58,564 nt of DNA from a virus (Duplodnaviria; Caudoviricetes). The position numbers and the translations under genes were made by a program. The stretch covers positions 1 to 58,564 of the IMG/VR virus record IMGVR_UViG_3300006162_000015. One strand, 5' to 3'. The notes beneath the pieces were generated by a model. The model did not search any database, was not told where the DNA came from, and saw nothing but the letters and a program-made list of their open reading frames with translations. Every line of letters starts with the position of its first letter. Positions within the stretch are counted from its first letter, which is position 1. Below, one piece after another: positions 18,374 through 29,400 of this stretch.

Positions 18374-20710
18374 TTATTTTACCTTTTGCCAGCCGCCGTT
18401 TACTTTACGGTATTGGGCTCCGTTATATGTTTTTACTTCGGGCTCAGATTGTTCTGCAGGTTTTTGTGTAGGTAGACCATAATTGCTTTTAAGCGTGTTT
18501 AGCTGCATTTGGTTAGACTCTAAAATTGTTTTAATTTTAGGCTGAGAGCTAAGAGTTTTTAAAGCGCCTGCAGGGTTATCATCTACAAATTTTTCTAACA
18601 ATGGTTTTTCAGACTCGCGAAACACGGTGCCTAACAAACCTTCTCTAATAGCCTGTTGTAATATCTGGGCTTTTTGAACACCTATATTATATTCAGCAGA
18701 CCCAGGTACTAGATTAGTGTGAGTCTTAGAGTAGTTTAGCACGTCTTTACCGATACTGTCTAGCTTTTGATGCGCGACTAACTCAGATCTTACTGCTTCA
18801 GGCACTGGTATTTTTGATATACCTACGCCAGGTACTAATAACTGTTGGTATTCTGCGGCTTGTTTAGGGTCGACTGCACGCATGTAATTAAGCATATGCT
18901 CAAAGCCTGCGGTATTAGATGGATCGCCGTTATTGCCGTCGGTATAGCTCATAAGGGCTTTGCGCATCGTAAGACCCATTGCAAGCGGCGCCATTTGCTG
19001 CTGTAACTGGCTTTTAGCGTTTAGAGCGGCTGCTTTTGCAAGCGGAGTAGCGGCCTTAGCGGCTGCCTGATCTAATTGGTTTGCTACTATATCTGACTGC
19101 ATAAGGCGCGTCATATCTGTAGCGTCTCGCATATTACCGAATTGGCGAAGGTTTGCTTCTAATAGCGTCTTTTTAGCGCCAAGATTTTGGACTTGAGCGT
19201 TAATATTCTGATCCATTTGGTATTTAAGAAAATCTATTGCAGCGTTTGGTTTGCTGCTAGGATTAAACCCTGCAAGTATCATACCAAGGCCTGCTGCGAT
19301 TTTACTGTGGCTGCCGTTGCCGTTAGCATCGCCTATCCAATATTTATTAGGATCAATATAACCGTTTTGGATATCTGCAATGTGGTCTAATCGTTCTTTA
19401 TTAAGAGCGTCGTAATTAGTCTGATACCTGTTCATGGCATCAGTTTTAACGCGTTCCGCATCTTGTAAAACTTGAGATCTATCTTGACCTAGTTGACCTA
19501 ACGCTGTTGCTTGTTGATTAATACCCGCCATACCTGAATTATAGGCGCCGCTGAGCATGTCTTCATAAGAAGGCATTCCAGGCTTTGCAGGAGGGTTACC
19601 AGCAGGCGGTTGTACTGCCCCCGGCGCAGGCGCGTTAGGATCATTTTGGGTTTGATCTTGAGGCTGTTGAGGCTCGCCAAGGCCTAGGTTTTGCTTTGCT
19701 TGGGCAAAAGCATCTTGCTGCTGCTTAGATTGATCTTGCATTACCTGCTGTTGGGCGTGTTCTTTATCTAACTGGACTTCGGCCTGTTGTTCTGCAGGTA
19801 GATTTATATCTGATGGTGTTTTGCCTGATTGAAAATCAAACTTCTGATTTTGCATTTTTTGATACATATCAGGAGTAGGGGCTTTACCAAGACTTGCGAC
19901 ATGCTGTCTATCTACACTATCGTTATAAAGATGTTGAAAGTGTTCTCGTTCTGGGTTTACTTGAGAAGGCTTTGGAGTCATGTCCATAGCCTGTTGCATC
20001 ATGCTATCTTCTGGTGCAGGATTAGCCGAATTAGGGTCTAGATTGGTCGGGGCATCGTCACTTTTAGATACAAGATCGTCTGAGGACGCGTATTTTTTAC
20101 GGATAACGCCGCCGCATGCCTGGCAAGTCTCAGAGCCTGGGTGACCAGGGACTACGCCGCCGTCGGCTTCTCGGATTATTACTTTACCCCAACCTGAGTC
20201 TATACGAGATGTAGGATTGCCGGCAGTACCGCCTTGTTCTGGAGTTTCTTCTTGCGTAGCTTCGCCGCCTTGGGCCATTTGCGGCTGTTTTGGTTGCCAT
20301 TCAGGCAATTCGCCTGTCTGTTCAAAATGCTGAGCAGCGGCTTTTTGTTCTGGAGTTCTAACATCTCTAGAAGTATCTACTGGGACTTGGTTTTGTGGGG
20401 TAGGTTGGATTGCATTCTGGCCTTCAACGCCCATTGCAGTATTTGCTTTAGAGCCCCAGTTGTTTAGTATAGATTCTACATCACCGCCGTCTGCCATCAT
20501 AGCGCCTTTATGGGCTGCTTGATCTGATTCCGCAGGCGTTGCTGCTTGTTTAGCTATTGCCGATAAAGCTGAAAGGGCTTTTTGGTTTTCTGGGCTTAAC
20601 GCACTATGTGCAAGGCGTATAGAATGCCCGTCTTTATGCTGTAAAGTCGTGTACTTGTCGTCCGAATGGACGTGCTTCATTTTACTGAAGTCTAGCTTTA
20701 CGTTAGCCAT
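18374..20710 (-). CDS. Internal virion (ejection) protein
   Basis: 778 aa, Q/A/P-rich; three A-x-GG motifs; C-terminal YRKVNGGWQKV. Confidence 0.65.
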   Translation of the reverse strand: MANVKLDFSKMKHVHSDDKYTTLQHKDGHSIRLAHSALSPENQKALSALSAIAKQAATPAESDQAAHKGAMMADGGDVESILNNWGSKANTAMGVEGQNAIQPTPQNQVPVDTSRDVRTPEQKAAAQHFEQTGELPEWQPKQPQMAQGGEATQEETPEQGGTAGNPTSRIDSGWGKVIIREADGGVVPGHPGSETCQACGGVIRKKYASSDDLVSKSDDAPTNLDPNSANPAPEDSMMQQAMDMTPKPSQVNPEREHFQHLYNDSVDRQHVASLGKAPTPDMYQKMQNQKFDFQSGKTPSDINLPAEQQAEVQLDKEHAQQQVMQDQSKQQQDAFAQAKQNLGLGEPQQPQDQTQNDPNAPAPGAVQPPAGNPPAKPGMPSYEDMLSGAYNSGMAGINQQATALGQLGQDRSQVLQDAERVKTDAMNRYQTNYDALNKERLDHIADIQNGYIDPNKYWIGDANGNGSHSKIAAGLGMILAGFNPSSKPNAAIDFLKYQMDQNINAQVQNLGAKKTLLEANLRQFGNMRDATDMTRLMQSDIVANQLDQAAAKAATPLAKAAALNAKSQLQQQMAPLAMGLTMRKALMSYTDGNNGDPSNTAGFEHMLNYMRAVDPKQAAEYQQLLVPGVGISKIPVPEAVRSELVAHQKLDSIGKDVLNYSKTHTNLVPGSAEYNIGVQKAQILQQAIREGLLGTVFRESEKPLLEKFVDDNPAGALKTLSSQPKIKTILESNQMQLNTLKSNYGLPTQKPAEQSEPEVKTYNGAQYRKVNGGWQKVK

Positions 20711-21258
20711 TAAAAATCACCTGCATAAGCAAATTGATTAGTAGTTTTGCGCCTTAATTGCCAAGCTAATGTTGATTTTATAATATTGTGCGCGTAAGCT
20801 GCTTCTCGGATACTTTCGTATAAAATACCAGTTTCAAGATTTATAACTTTTTTACCTTTAAATTCGGTCGCAATGCTAATTCTCTGACCTTTTTTCCAAG
20901 TAGCAGAATGTACTAATTTCTTGCCTTTCTTAGAAATGCTTATTTTTCTTTTTGTTTCTTCTGTTCTTAAAAATCCGCCTTCTCCGCCAGTAGTAAGATT
21001 GTAGCCATTAGGCGCTAAAGTATTATACTCTTTAATGTATTTAATTTCTTTCTTATTTAACTCTTCTGAAGAATTACATTTTTCTAACACAGACCAAATA
21101 AAATCGTTTTTACCGTATTTTTTAATCGCAGAGCCAAAAGCATTATTACGCCTATTACAGTCGTCAAAATGGCCTTGCTGACGATTTTTTAATGCCTGTC
21201 TAGTTTGGCCTATATAACTTTTTCCCGATGTTTTACTCGTAGCTTTATATATAATCAT
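20710..21258 (-). CDS. Free-standing GIY-YIG homing endonuclease
   Basis: IIYKAT...SYIGQT, PNGYN, NUMOD3-like ETKRKIS and NUMOD1-like YESIREAA. Confidence 0.9.
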   Translation of the reverse strand: MIIYKATSKTSGKSYIGQTRQALKNRQQGHFDDCNRRNNAFGSAIKKYGKNDFIWSVLEKCNSSEELNKKEIKYIKEYNTLAPNGYNLTTGGEGGFLRTEETKRKISISKKGKKLVHSATWKKGQRISIATEFKGKKVINLETGILYESIREAAYAHNIIKSTLAWQLRRKTTNQFAYAGDF

Positions 21259-22457
21259 TATTTTTTTGCTCTGTGTTTACCTGAAATTATATCCGCCACA
21301 AATTTATGTGCTTGCCATTGAGGATTTTTGGATTGAAGAATCGCATTAGGTATGATTATATCACCTTCGTTTAATGTTTTAGGTACTACATCATTACGAT
21401 AGTCATTGCCAGGGTATTTAGGCTTACCAGGTATTTTTTCGCCGTCTAATGGAGACTTTTTACCTTCAGCTACTTTTTTTACGTCGTTTTTGTGTATTCT
21501 TATTTCTCCTTTTGAAACTAGCGCAGGTACTTTACCGCCTTCAGCCATTTTCATTTGAGACATTGGTTGCATTTGTTTTAATGGTTGCATTGTAGGCATA
21601 GTGCCTAACATGTGACGAGCAGCAAAAGATTGAGGGCCTGATACTGGTGAAGGAGTTTGACCGCCTTGGGCCATTTTTACTTCTCCGCCGTCTGCAAAAC
21701 CGCGTTGGGCTTGTATTGCAGGAGAATTATAATCAGTAGGGCTACTAAACATATTACTAATACCGCTAGCAATAGCACCGCCAGGTATCATTTGTGCAGC
21801 AGAGCCTAAAGCTCCTGTAATACTACCTAGTAAATTCTGTTGGCCTTGGGCTGCTGTATTGGCTATACTTGCGTTTGCGCTATTAGCGTTTTGCTGAAGG
21901 CCATATAGATTGCCTTGGTTTTGAAGGCCGAATTGATTAAGATTAGTAAGCCCAGTCTGCTGCTGATTTACTTGTGTATTTGCAAGGTTAGCCATGTTGG
22001 CTTGCTGGCCTTGAAGGGCTTGCATAGCTGCAAGCTGTTGTTGGGCTTGCATCGTAGCGCCTTGGCCTGCTGCTTGCTGCTGGGTATTAGCGCCTTGCAT
22101 TGCGGCTTGACGTGCTTCTAACCCTACGTTAGCGCCTGCGCCTCTCTGGCCTGCCATTAAAGCAGACTGTGCTGCAATGTTTTGGCCTGTTGCTTGATTA
22201 AGTGCGGCTTGCGCAGGATTAGGGCCTGTACCGTTAGCTACGCCTTGGAGTTGATTTGCAAGTGCTTGCTGTTGACCAAATACTGAAGATTGATTACCGA
22301 GGCCGTTTTGGCCTTGTAGTGCGTTTACGAATGATTGCTGTTGGGTTATATCGTTATTTACTGTGTTATTTGCTTGCGATAACTGTGCAGACGAAGGGCC
22401 TACGGCCTGATAACTCATGCCTTTACCGCCGCCTAAAAGACCTGAAACAAAGCTCAT
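21258..22457 (-). CDS. Internal virion/pilot protein
   Basis: Q/A/G/N-rich; A-x-GG motifs; C-terminal DVVPKTLNEGDIIIP domain. Confidence 0.65.
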   Translation of the reverse strand: MSFVSGLLGGGKGMSYQAVGPSSAQLSQANNTVNNDITQQQSFVNALQGQNGLGNQSSVFGQQQALANQLQGVANGTGPNPAQAALNQATGQNIAAQSALMAGQRGAGANVGLEARQAAMQGANTQQQAAGQGATMQAQQQLAAMQALQGQQANMANLANTQVNQQQTGLTNLNQFGLQNQGNLYGLQQNANSANASIANTAAQGQQNLLGSITGALGSAAQMIPGGAIASGISNMFSSPTDYNSPAIQAQRGFADGGEVKMAQGGQTPSPVSGPQSFAARHMLGTMPTMQPLKQMQPMSQMKMAEGGKVPALVSKGEIRIHKNDVKKVAEGKKSPLDGEKIPGKPKYPGNDYRNDVVPKTLNEGDIIIPNAILQSKNPQWQAHKFVADIISGKHRAKK

Positions 22458-22464
22458 AACACTC

Positions 22465-22902
22465 CTATAGCTTTAAAGATAGAATCGAATGATTTATCTT
22501 AGTGAAACCAGTAGCTTCGGCCCTTACCGTAATCGCCAAGTCAGTAGTAAAAGCTATAATGCCTTCTAATTTCAGTGCTTTAGCCTCATTTATAAGGGCG
22601 TCGACTACTAAATTAATTGCTTCGTGCCTGATTACACTACCAAATACCGGATTACTACAAAGGCCGTCTAACTGTGCAATTACGTCACATTCTACGCGAC
22701 GAAGAAAACCTGCTGCGACTGGGTGCTCGCCTAACATAGCGATATAACCTATTTTTGGAATAGTTTTATTAGTAATCTGGCGAAAGCCGGGGTATTCTTG
22801 CGCTTCTAGCATTTCGTATAAAAGTACTAGATCTGTTGGTTTAAATACTCTTAGCTTAATTTGAGCCAAAACTTCTGCCAGCTCGTTGTGTACGGAATCC
22901 AC
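22465..22902 (-). CDS. GNAT-fold acetyltransferase-like protein of the tail module
   Basis: PVAAGF, LDGLCSNP, LINEAKAL, AEATGF pattern; position matches podovirus GNAT-like genes; true start may be slightly downstream. Confidence 0.55.
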   Translation of the reverse strand: MDSVHNELAEVLAQIKLRVFKPTDLVLLYEMLEAQEYPGFRQITNKTIPKIGYIAMLGEHPVAAGFLRRVECDVIAQLDGLCSNPVFGSVIRHEAINLVVDALINEAKALKLEGIIAFTTDLAITVRAEATGFTKINHSILSLKL

Positions 22903-25900
22903 GTTTAGTACCTACTACAAGATTAAGGCCAGAAAGAGATAGTCCTTGGCCTGGGTTTACGCCGTATGATGCATCGTATACTTCTTGAAACGTAATCTGA
23001 AAACTTTCGCATTTTTGGTTTGCGGGGAAGAAACGAGCTTCAAATACGTTTGTATCTGTATTACCGCCCCACGGACCGCCAGAACCCCACTGTGCTTCTC
23101 CGCCCCAGTTAGGCGCGTAATTATCAGGAGTTATAGTAATATTCTGTACAGATCCTGGGTTATAGTTATATGCGATATTAACGTCTAGCGTAAAAGGCGT
23201 GTAATAAGTACCTAACAAATACCCAAAGTAAAAACGCTCAAATCCTTGTAATCCTGCGATATTTATCCAGGCAGTTGTAACTTTCATAAGTACAGGCGTA
23301 GAGCCATCTACAAATACGTTTGGCGTTTCTTGAAATACCTGGCCATAAGAATTTAAATAAGTCTGATAGCCTTGGTATAACGTACCAGATACAGCCGCTA
23401 CGTTGCTATGCGTACCCCATTGGCTGACGAAGTAGTCGTACATAAGGGTTATATTGTTATTAAGTATAAATCGGACTTGGTTGGTACCTGGTATTGCTTG
23501 CGCCGATACTACTGGAATAGAGTTATACGCTTCTACTGGAGAACCTATGTAATTAGTAGAAAGGTCTCTGCCTAATAACCATATGCCTTTATCAGATTGA
23601 AACATAAGGCCATGAGGCATAAGTACGATACTATTAGGGTTTGTACACCCTACGCTACTAGTAATGAATATAGGGTCAGAGTATTGGCTATTCGCCCCGG
23701 TATTATCAGGGCCTATACCGTTAATGTAATATATCGCGTCTTTTTTAAAGACTATTAGCTTATCATCCATCGGGTAAAGTGCTGTTATAACGCCAGTAGA
23801 TCCTTGTGCGCCCGATGTGGGGGCGACATAAATAGTAAGTAAATCTGACATTTCTACAGGAGTTGCTTCGATTACTTGTTTTGAATACCAAAGAAGGTTT
23901 TGGTCTTCTGCATCTACAAGCCAAAGCCTGTTATTAAACAAGGTGCTTGCAGTAGATGCAGGCGCGGCTATATCTTCTACGACTCCGCCTGTAGTATACA
24001 GTATTGCGTTACCTACTATTGCCGAGTCTGCAAACGTATCAGTAATAGTAACGTAATCTACGGTCGTATCGTTTAATATAGGGCTTGTAATACTAGTAAA
24101 TTGGTAATAAATCTGCTGGCTTAGACTCCAGCGATAGCCTACAATCCGTACAGGGTTAGGCGGTAGTTTAGATGTTAGTCGTAACGTCGGTACGTAAATC
24201 GTATTAGTACTTGTAGTACCTGTAGTTACTTGAGATATAGGAATACTTGGTGCGGATCTATGAAGGTTACCTGCAGCATCGGTCCATTCGTACGTAAACT
24301 GGTAATAATAGGTACCGGCAGTAATACTACCGCCCGAGGCCGAAGTAGAGATAGTCTGAGCTTCTGGCCATACGTGAAAGCCATGTTCTACTGGCTTTAC
24401 GCCGTCATATTCCCATAGTTGTCCACCTGTAAGATGTAATGCGCCTGCAATTTCGCTAGTATATTGCTGGTTATCGTTTATAGTAAACGTAGCAAGGTTA
24501 ATCCCTGTTTGGCTATATATTGCAGCAGACGGGAGTCCTGAGTTTGTTACTTTATTTACAGACGTTAAAAAGTCTTTATAAAGATAAGGTACGTTAAAAG
24601 TATTGTTATAAAATGATACTGACGGTAAGATTTGGGTCGATTCGTACCCGCCGCCGTTAGAGTAGGCTAGGCGCATATATATCTGGCCTGTACTGTCTAT
24701 TAAAAAGTACGTAGGCTGCATAGATACAATTTCGCCGTCTGCAGACGTTGCCTGGTACCCATACGCTACTAACATGTAAATCGTACTGTTATTTACAAAC
24801 GGCTTAGATGCAAGGCCTACAGACCTTAATATTATTGCCGTAGACCCTGGCGTACCTGCGCCTGTAGTAGCAGGGGGCGTAATACTAGTACTTGAAATGT
24901 AATTTTGGTTAGTATTAGATAATTGCGTTACTTGATTGGTAGTTTCAAAGTAAATATTTAATACCCCGTTTTGGAATATACTGGATAAAGTTGCGATGTT
25001 GCTGGCAGATATTACTGTAGTGGCCGTCATTATAGGCCCTAAGTTAAAAGAATAACTAACTGATTGTCCTGTACTTCCGCCGTAATAAGTCACATAAACT
25101 CTAGAAGAAGCCGAGTCTGCTGTTACTGATACTAAACTAGAAGCCGATGATGTAGTAATGTTCTGCGCAGACGCTACTATAAGAGAATTGTTCAAAAACG
25201 AGACTTTAACCGAACTAGAAGAAGCCGACCAAGCCAAATATAGCGTATTATTTACCACGTATCCGTCATAACCGTCTGTAATAGCCGATACCGACGAACT
25301 TATATTAGCGGCTGATTTAGGATAGTTTATATTCATTATAGGAATAGCTACGTATCTGAGAGTAGGCGTAGAAATTATAGTCGCCATATACGTTACTATA
25401 AAATAATTACCTAATACAAACGTCCTAGGGTTTATAGAGGTAGATTCTAAAGCAACTGCAGGAATTATTTGCTTGCCTGACACGCTGTCTGATATCTGGT
25501 AATAGGCAATTCCTGAGTCTTCATATGAAGTACATAAAAGTCCATTAGACGCGATTGCGGCGTCTGGGCTTGATTGAGCAGTACTTTTACGAACTATCGG
25601 GTTGACTGATAACTGGACTGGCTGTATAAGGCCTTTATTGAGCCACTGGTTATTATCTGCGTTGTAGGCATATAGGTTACTACCTGTAGCTACAAGGCCG
25701 CCGCCATAAGTGTTTAAATTAGTCTGGAGGGTATTTGGTAGATTAGTAAGGTTTTGAAACCCATTACGCTTAGTAAGCCTGCCAGTAGTAGTAAATACCG
25801 AGTTTTGAAGTAGCGTAAAGCTATCCATAGGTATTTGATATGGATCAGTCTTTGTCTCCATACCTTTAACAAAGTTAATAGATACTGGTTGCTTGTTAAG

Positions 25901-25906
25901 AGCCAT
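22856..25906 (-). CDS. Tail tubular protein B / nozzle (beta-propeller)
   Basis: 1016 aa; NNRLWL, LWYSK, LIVFK, VGCTNPNSI and FQSDKGIWLL propeller segments. Confidence 0.75.
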   Translation of the reverse strand: MALNKQPVSINFVKGMETKTDPYQIPMDSFTLLQNSVFTTTGRLTKRNGFQNLTNLPNTLQTNLNTYGGGLVATGSNLYAYNADNNQWLNKGLIQPVQLSVNPIVRKSTAQSSPDAAIASNGLLCTSYEDSGIAYYQISDSVSGKQIIPAVALESTSINPRTFVLGNYFIVTYMATIISTPTLRYVAIPIMNINYPKSAANISSSVSAITDGYDGYVVNNTLYLAWSASSSSVKVSFLNNSLIVASAQNITTSSASSLVSVTADSASSRVYVTYYGGSTGQSVSYSFNLGPIMTATTVISASNIATLSSIFQNGVLNIYFETTNQVTQLSNTNQNYISSTSITPPATTGAGTPGSTAIILRSVGLASKPFVNNSTIYMLVAYGYQATSADGEIVSMQPTYFLIDSTGQIYMRLAYSNGGGYESTQILPSVSFYNNTFNVPYLYKDFLTSVNKVTNSGLPSAAIYSQTGINLATFTINDNQQYTSEIAGALHLTGGQLWEYDGVKPVEHGFHVWPEAQTISTSASGGSITAGTYYYQFTYEWTDAAGNLHRSAPSIPISQVTTGTTSTNTIYVPTLRLTSKLPPNPVRIVGYRWSLSQQIYYQFTSITSPILNDTTVDYVTITDTFADSAIVGNAILYTTGGVVEDIAAPASTASTLFNNRLWLVDAEDQNLLWYSKQVIEATPVEMSDLLTIYVAPTSGAQGSTGVITALYPMDDKLIVFKKDAIYYINGIGPDNTGANSQYSDPIFITSSVGCTNPNSIVLMPHGLMFQSDKGIWLLGRDLSTNYIGSPVEAYNSIPVVSAQAIPGTNQVRFILNNNITLMYDYFVSQWGTHSNVAAVSGTLYQGYQTYLNSYGQVFQETPNVFVDGSTPVLMKVTTAWINIAGLQGFERFYFGYLLGTYYTPFTLDVNIAYNYNPGSVQNITITPDNYAPNWGGEAQWGSGGPWGGNTDTNVFEARFFPANQKCESFQITFQEVYDASYGVNPGQGLSLSGLNLVVGTKRGFRTQRAGRSFGSN

Positions 25907-27456
25907 TAAGAATGTCCGAGCCAGTAAATAGTTACTTTACCTGAGCCGCCGTCTCCGCCTTTGCCGGTAGCGATAGTTAAAACGCTATCTCTAGCTCCGC
26001 CGGAACCTCCGCCGCCAGCACCGCTATTTGCGGCAGCATCACTGCCGGCGCTAGAAGGAGTACCATTAGTGCCGTTTGAACCATTACCCCCTGCAGCAAA
26101 ACCTGAACCGCCGCCTCCGCCTCCGCCAGCGCCGCCGCGACTAGAGTCGGGACCTACGCCGCCTGTACCTGCAGTAGAAACTGAATTGTAATAATTAGTA
26201 GGGCCGCCGCTAGTTCCTGCACTACCATTAGAGCCGCCAGACCCATTTCCGCCGGCGCCGCCAGATCCGCCCAACGAAGTAGAGCCTATGGCATGGTAAA
26301 CTTCTGTTCCTGAATTAGTAACCATAGAGTTTACGATACCGCCGGCGCCTGGGCTTGTTGCCCCGCCAAATACGATATTAACTCCTGTACCTGTAATAGT
26401 AGTATTGCCGCCCGATGAACCTGCATTACCATTTTGGCTTGTAGTTGAAGCCACTGCTGCTCCGCCAGCACCTCCAGCACCTATAGTTACAGTTAATACC
26501 TCTGCAGGAGTAACGGGGACGTATAAAAGAGACGGTACAGAGCCAGAACCTCCGGCACCGCCAGTAGTCCCGTTACCTGTAGTAGTAGCAGCCGCGCCTG
26601 AACCGCCGCCTGCACCGCCGCCACAACCAAGTACTAAAAGAGAATTAACGTTCGAGGGTACAGTAAAAGTCCCGGATGCATTAAACACGGAAGAATTCCA
26701 CTGTAATACGGAAGTAGCAAGCTGTGTTAAACCTACAGTATTATTAATTATTTTTGAAGCGTCTAAAGTATTAGCCGTTACTTTGGCTCCGGTAATTGTA
26801 TTATCAGCAATATTAGTATTAGTTAAATACTGCTGCGTAGTCATATTACCTGAAGAATCTATAAACTGTATGCTGTTAGTTGCAGGTAATGCCGGTAAAT
26901 TAATAGTATAAGCACTAGATATTGCTGAGGGCGGGCTAAGCGTAACACCGTTTGTGGTAGCGGCTACGTTAGGACGAAGCGTTATAGAGCCTATATCAAA
27001 GTTTGCAGGAGTAGTGGGCAAGCTAGACTGGTCTTGAGTCCATATAAAAGTACCGCTGCTGTATGTTTCTCCTGGAATACTAGATGCAACTACGTTGAGG
27101 CTGCCAGACTTGGTTACTTGGATTTGAGTTCCGTTACCGTCTGTAAAATAAAGGTCGCCTGAGCCAGTACCAGAGCCTACAGCAACCGAAAGGCTGCCTG
27201 CAACGCTAGATACGCTAGACGAACTAGTAAAGTAAAAATCTAAAGCCGATACGTTTTCAAGGATGTTTTGGTTTATGTTTAACGTAGCGTTTATATTAAG
27301 GCCGGCAGGCGTTATCTTGACGCCTCTGCCTGGGCTGTGGTCGTGCTGGTCTATAAGACTTAGGCTAGAATTTACGTCAAATGCATAAGTCGGACCGCTT
27401 TCAGTACCCACACCTGGTATTATGAGATTCATCGCGGGCGATATTGTGTTGCTCAT
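25906..27456 (-). CDS. Tail fibre protein with glycine-rich domain
   Basis: IDQHDH N-terminal motif; SGTFTVPSNV...GGGAGGG glycine-rich C-terminal domain. Confidence 0.75.
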   Translation of the reverse strand: MSNTISPAMNLIIPGVGTESGPTYAFDVNSSLSLIDQHDHSPGRGVKITPAGLNINATLNINQNILENVSALDFYFTSSSSVSSVAGSLSVAVGSGTGSGDLYFTDGNGTQIQVTKSGSLNVVASSIPGETYSSGTFIWTQDQSSLPTTPANFDIGSITLRPNVAATTNGVTLSPPSAISSAYTINLPALPATNSIQFIDSSGNMTTQQYLTNTNIADNTITGAKVTANTLDASKIINNTVGLTQLATSVLQWNSSVFNASGTFTVPSNVNSLLVLGCGGGAGGGSGAAATTTGNGTTGGAGGSGSVPSLLYVPVTPAEVLTVTIGAGGAGGAAVASTTSQNGNAGSSGGNTTITGTGVNIVFGGATSPGAGGIVNSMVTNSGTEVYHAIGSTSLGGSGGAGGNGSGGSNGSAGTSGGPTNYYNSVSTAGTGGVGPDSSRGGAGGGGGGGSGFAAGGNGSNGTNGTPSSAGSDAAANSGAGGGGSGGARDSVLTIATGKGGDGGSGKVTIYWLGHS

Positions 27457-28043
27457 TATACAACCTTTTTAAAAGTAAAGCCGCCTGTAGATTTTCGTCT
27501 ACCGCTGCAAACTAATGATATTTTATGAGGTTTAAGTTTTAAAACTTTAGCTGCTTCAACCATAGAATTAAATATTTGGTTTAATTCTACACAAATAATT
27601 TTACACATAGTTGATGGTTTTTTACCTAATCTTGAGTTCCGCAATTTTAGTTTGGATGCTTCTGTATGAATAGGTCCAAATTTGCCATACCTAGGATTTT
27701 TTGGCCCTTTTTTAGAATCAGATGCTTTTTTTAGTGATTCTTCGGACCAAACTCTATTTTTTTGAGCGCCTATTACTCGATTGTAACCGTTAGGGCTAAG
27801 AGTATTATAAAATTGAATAAAATAATCTTCTGCGTCATTTAATTGCGTTTCAGAATAGTATTCGCTTTCGATATAAAAACTAAAATTTTCACAACCATAT
27901 TTAGCTATAGCATGAGAAATTGCAGTTTTTTCTTTGTTACTTTTATGCCGCGACCATCGTTTAAACGGGTTTACAGTTTGGCCTATATATTGTTTGCCAT
28001 TAAGTTTATTTGTAATTTTATATATATAACCTACAAAATACAT
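27456..28043 (-). CDS. Free-standing GIY-YIG homing endonuclease
   Basis: YIYKITNKLNGKQYIGQT, PNGYN, NUMOD3 repeats and NUMOD1-like C-terminus. Confidence 0.92.
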   Translation of the reverse strand: MYFVGYIYKITNKLNGKQYIGQTVNPFKRWSRHKSNKEKTAISHAIAKYGCENFSFYIESEYYSETQLNDAEDYFIQFYNTLSPNGYNRVIGAQKNRVWSEESLKKASDSKKGPKNPRYGKFGPIHTEASKLKLRNSRLGKKPSTMCKIICVELNQIFNSMVEAAKVLKLKPHKISLVCSGRRKSTGGFTFKKVV

Positions 28044-28330
28044 TAAAACACCTCTAAAGATATAACGGCTGGACCAGATGCCGTAAGCGTTAAGGTCAAG
28101 TCGTTAAGCGGGGCTGTACGATATAGCGTAATAGCCGCGTTTATGTCTGTTACTATCCAGCCCTGCATTTGTCGCCCAAGTTTATGGTTTATTACGTTAG
28201 TACCTGTAATAATTGGTATATTTGTTAAAAGACTAGAATTGTTAGTAGGCGACTTAAGTATCGGATTTAATTGGGAAGCCCACTGTTGAGCCATTTGAGT
28301 AGGTGTTAAGCGTTGCGGAAGAGTTGCCAT
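28043..28330 (-). CDS. Small tail protein
   Basis: Start MATLPQ coupled to the upstream stop; INHKLGRQMQGW motif. Confidence 0.6.
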   Translation of the reverse strand: MATLPQRLTPTQMAQQWASQLNPILKSPTNNSSLLTNIPIITGTNVINHKLGRQMQGWIVTDINAAITLYRTAPLNDLTLTLTASGPAVISLEVF

Positions 28331-29400
28331 TACCAGCCACCTGTTCCGCCGTTGTAGCCTGAACCGAAGCCGCCTGTTCCCCATCCGTTGCCGTTACCAC
28401 TTCTAGTATCGCTGATTCTATCAGGCTGACCAGCGTCTCTGTTGGCTGCAGTTTCTTCTATACGCTGCTTAAGGAATGCAATCTCTTCTGTAAGTTTTGT
28501 AGTATCTGACTCTTCTTTATCTAGCGCGTATTTAGCCGCGCGTACAATTACGTATTCTTGCCAGCCTGATATACCAAAATTAGTAGTATCAGTATCAGCT
28601 AATAACTCAGTCATTCTAGGTATATACCAGATGCGGATGCCTTGGCCTGCGCTTGGGGTTGGTATAAATTCTATGTTATTACCAAGTACGCGGTATTGGA
28701 GGTTAAAAACTCCGTATATAGTACTTGAAGTATTAGGGTATACGAATCTATTCCTATCGATAAAGTTAAACTTATTTATAGTAACATAAGAGTTATTAGC
28801 GTTATTGAGCGCCAAGTCTACGCCCATGATTTTATAAAAGGGCGGCGCTATATACCCAGGCTGTAACGTAATACCGTTATAATAGCTATTAATACCATTA
28901 GGTAAAGCGTATTGAAACGTAACGCCGTCGGCTGTAAATTGGAGTGGCGTTGCAAGAAAATAGTCTTCATAAGTAGTAACTAATAAATCGTATAGCTCAA
29001 ACATTGCTTGACGAACGTAAACTTTCCATTCTGAGTGAGTGACGAATTGACTGTTTACTCGGTCTGCGCGCTGTTGAGCAGCCAATATAAGCTGGCCTAA
29101 AGACATTTCGCCAGAGCCTGCAGCTAAAGCTGATAACGAATTTGTGTACGAGCTAGAGCCTAACGTGTTTCCCGCGCTTACTTGATACCAGTATTGGGTG
29201 CCCTGCGTTACAGCAGAATCTAAATAAGAGGTAGCTAAAGGAGATCCGCTAACTGTGGCTATAGTTGTAAAAGTAACATTATCTAGGCTTCTTTGAACAG
29301 TATAGAAAGTAGCTCCGGGCGATAAGTCCCAAGAAACTAATATTTGTAAATTAGCGGAATCACAAGCAAAATTTTGCGGAATTCCTGGAATGCCCGCCAT
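28330..29400 (-). CDS. Head-tail adaptor / tail tubular protein A with N-terminal fibronectin type III domain
   Basis: VSWD, YTVQRS, SYLDS, YWYQVSAGN Fn3 pattern; then LGQL..AAQQRAD and IEFIPTP adaptor-like domain. Confidence 0.7.
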   Translation of the reverse strand: MAGIPGIPQNFACDSANLQILVSWDLSPGATFYTVQRSLDNVTFTTIATVSGSPLATSYLDSAVTQGTQYWYQVSAGNTLGSSSYTNSLSALAAGSGEMSLGQLILAAQQRADRVNSQFVTHSEWKVYVRQAMFELYDLLVTTYEDYFLATPLQFTADGVTFQYALPNGINSYYNGITLQPGYIAPPFYKIMGVDLALNNANNSYVTINKFNFIDRNRFVYPNTSSTIYGVFNLQYRVLGNNIEFIPTPSAGQGIRIWYIPRMTELLADTDTTNFGISGWQEYVIVRAAKYALDKEESDTTKLTEEIAFLKQRIEETAANRDAGQPDRISDTRSGNGNGWGTGGFGSGYNGGTGGW